Part shown: positions 25,585 to 27,259 of the stretch, one piece after another
How positions within the stretch are numbered: position 1 is the stretch's first letter
How the letters are laid out: each line of letters opens with the position of its first letter
Assembly: GCA_963799775.1 (NCBI GenBank)
Contig: CAWCYD010000001.1
Coordinates: 1 to 27,259, forward strand
DNA from: an uncultured archaeon
GTDB taxonomy: Archaea > Thermoproteota > Nitrososphaeria > Nitrososphaerales > Gagatemarchaeaceae
Length of the DNA stretch: 27,259 nt
Direction: 5' to 3'
Program-made: the position numbers and the translations under genes
Notes under the pieces: model-generated
The model's database searches: none
Seen by the model: only the letters and a program-made list of their open reading frames with translations
What the model was told of the DNA's origin: nothing

Positions 25585-26102
25585 CTAGACGACCCTGAAC
25601 TTGCCGTCGAAGTTGAAGACGACCTTCTTGGCCTCTTCTGCCTCCACTATCAGCCTCTCCGGCACCCCGTTGCGGACGTAGAGCTGGAACGTCGCGTTCT
25701 GGGGGATCAAGGTGCTCGCGTTTTGCTCGAAGGACTTTAGCGCCTCGTTGGTCCTCGCCAGCTTGGACTTTAGGTCCTCGTGGATCTGGTACATCACCTC
25801 AGTGGTGGCGGGCCCGGAATTGGCGGTGTTGATCATCATCGAGCCCATCTTGATCCACCCTCCTCCGCCCGGCTTTCCCTTCTGGTCTCCCTTCTTGTCC
25901 CCCTTGTCCTGCTTCTTCTCTTCTCCTTGTCCTCCTTCGGCGCCTCGCCAGGGCCCGTCCTCAGCATCCCTCCCAGCTTGTCCCCGTACTTCTCGGACTC
26001 TTTCTGGTAATACTCCGAGACCTCCTTCATGTACTTTATTATCTCGGCTTGGGTGTAGAACTTCATCAGGCCGGTAGCTAGGTCTGGACGTCGCTGTGAC
26101 AA
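25585..26102 (-). pseudogene. Hypothetical protein split by a 1-nt frameshift at about 25918-25921
   Basis: Restoring one base in GAGAAGAGAAGAAG joins ORFs 25836..26102 and 25585..25848 through the linker KEDKEK-KKQDKGDKKGDQKGKPGGGGWIKMGSMM. Confidence 0.7.
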
Positions 26103-26127
26103 TTCCTGGGAACTCGGCCTCAGGTGC

Positions 26128-26655
26128 CTACTCGCTTGTTATTGAGTTTTGAACCAGGTCCTCTTCGGCGGCCTGCGGGACGCTGCGTTCGGTCTGCTTG
26201 GCCATGTTCCCGGCCTTCTTGACCTCCTTGAGGATCCTCTCCAGCAGGTCGACCCGCGAGCCGACCTCCTTCCTCTTCTCAGAGATTATCTGGGCGAGGG
26301 CGGGGGTGGCCTCCTTGACTATCGATAAGACGTACTTGGGGTCGAAGTGGGTAAGCGGAATCGAGCTCTTGCCGTCGTCGGCGCCTACGACGACCACGAC
26401 GCAATCGGAGGCCAAATAGGCCTCTTTTGCTGTTGAATAGGCAGGGCCGAGGCTCTCCTTCTGCAAAGGCAGGGCGACGTCCACCTCGGACTGCAGGACT
26501 TTGAGCGAATCGATGAGCTTCCTGGTGTAGTTACGCTCCATCTCGTCGAGCTCTGAGAGCTGGGCAAACTCGCTCTGAAGCGTCGTCAGGTTGTCGACTA
26601 TGCTCCCCGAGGAGTCTCCGTTCAGGTCGTCAGAGATGGGGTCTCTTGACTTCAA
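26128..26655 (-). CDS. Hypothetical protein with coiled-coil ends
   Basis: 175-aa ORF with codon bias like its neighbours; AT-rich TATTAATTA promoter-like tract at about 26680-26688. Confidence 0.75.
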   Translation of the reverse strand: MKSRDPISDDLNGDSSGSIVDNLTTLQSEFAQLSELDEMERNYTRKLIDSLKVLQSEVDVALPLQKESLGPAYSTAKEAYLASDCVVVVVGADDGKSSIPLTHFDPKYVLSIVKEATPALAQIISEKRKEVGSRVDLLERILKEVKKAGNMAKQTERSVPQAAEEDLVQNSITSE

Positions 26656-26737
26656 GACGAGCTTTTGAAGGCTTTGCCATAATTAATAGTTTTGTGTATT
26701 AGTAATTCATGTTCCTTCTCGACGCGGAAGGCGGTCT

Positions 26738-27187
26738 TCAGTGCCCGAAGAGGGAAAGGAGAGTCGGGATGTTGTTCCAGGCCACTATGTAGCCCAGCAG
26801 GCCGTCAGCAGCCACTAGCGCCACAAGCCCAACGAACCTGACCAGCCTGATCTGGAAGGGGTGGAGACCGGCAGAGTCCCTCACGAAGACCAGGTAGAAG
26901 AGGGGAATCGCGGGGAGGTACTTGAAAGCGATGGCTATGAGGAAACCGTCGAATCGCATCGAGAAGAGGGCGGATGCGATGGGGTTGAGCTCGCGAAAGT
27001 CGAAGCTGCTTTTCATCGCCATAAGGGTCGAATAGACATCCAGGAAGTCAAGGCACAGGAAAGTCGCATAGAGGGGGATCAGGACCTTGTCCATGAAGTT
27101 CAGGTTCAAGCTCATGATGAACTGTCTATCTCGTTCGTTGGCCCTGCGGAAACCATCGGTGAGACGGCTCATGAGATGAGAGGTCAC
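26738..27187 (-). CDS. Membrane protein, DUF5658-like
   Basis: LDFLDVYST...RELNP motif and 3-4 TM segments; start may be ATG 27173 or later. Confidence 0.7.
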   Translation of the reverse strand: MTSHLMSRLTDGFRRANERDRQFIMSLNLNFMDKVLIPLYATFLCLDFLDVYSTLMAMKSSFDFRELNPIASALFSMRFDGFLIAIAFKYLPAIPLFYLVFVRDSAGLHPFQIRLVRFVGLVALVAADGLLGYIVAWNNIPTLLSLFGH

Positions 27188-27259
27188 GCATCACTCTGTG
27201 TATTTAATTTCCTATGGATTTCAAAACCATAAGCAATACGCTGAACGAAGCAGATGTAC

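Noticed and set aside
1-27259. CRISPR array, tRNA/rRNA, transposase or integrase
   Set aside because: No regularly spaced repeats, RNA gene signatures or recombinase motifs were seen by eye; a covariance-model search would be needed to exclude small ncRNAs.

Overview
GC-rich archaeal DNA. Class III-signal pilins, single-domain RAD55/KaiC-like ATPases, TATA boxes about 25-30 nt before start codons and frequent TTG/GTG starts point to a TACK archaeon, plausibly Nitrososphaerota (inference). From left to right the window holds: three type IV pilins; a tandem pair of unknown helical paralogs; and a cluster of six RecA/KaiC-fold genes (four with intact Walker A, one soluble pseudo-ATPase, one fused to a 7-TM domain). 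At the cluster's centre is a tightly coupled operon: double-HTH regulator, UbiA-family prenyltransferase, polyprenyl diphosphate synthase, KaiC-like ATPase. Next come a secreted Gly/Thr-rich protein, two convergent SecB-like paralogs, a CbbQ/NirQ-type AAA+ ATPase with a LAGLIDADG intein in its P-loop, its vWA partner, and several hypotheticals. Three toxin-antitoxin-like cassettes sit at gene boundaries. One is bracketed by a diverged duplicate of the upstream gene's 3' end and has a nonsense-inactivated PIN toxin. Two genes have single-base frameshifts. The best candidate for an undescribed system is an isoprenoid-signal / 7TM receptor / KaiC-ATPase signalling module, possibly quorum-sensing-like and linked to pili; this is a hypothesis from gene context only. 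All family assignments come from motif recognition, not database searches.
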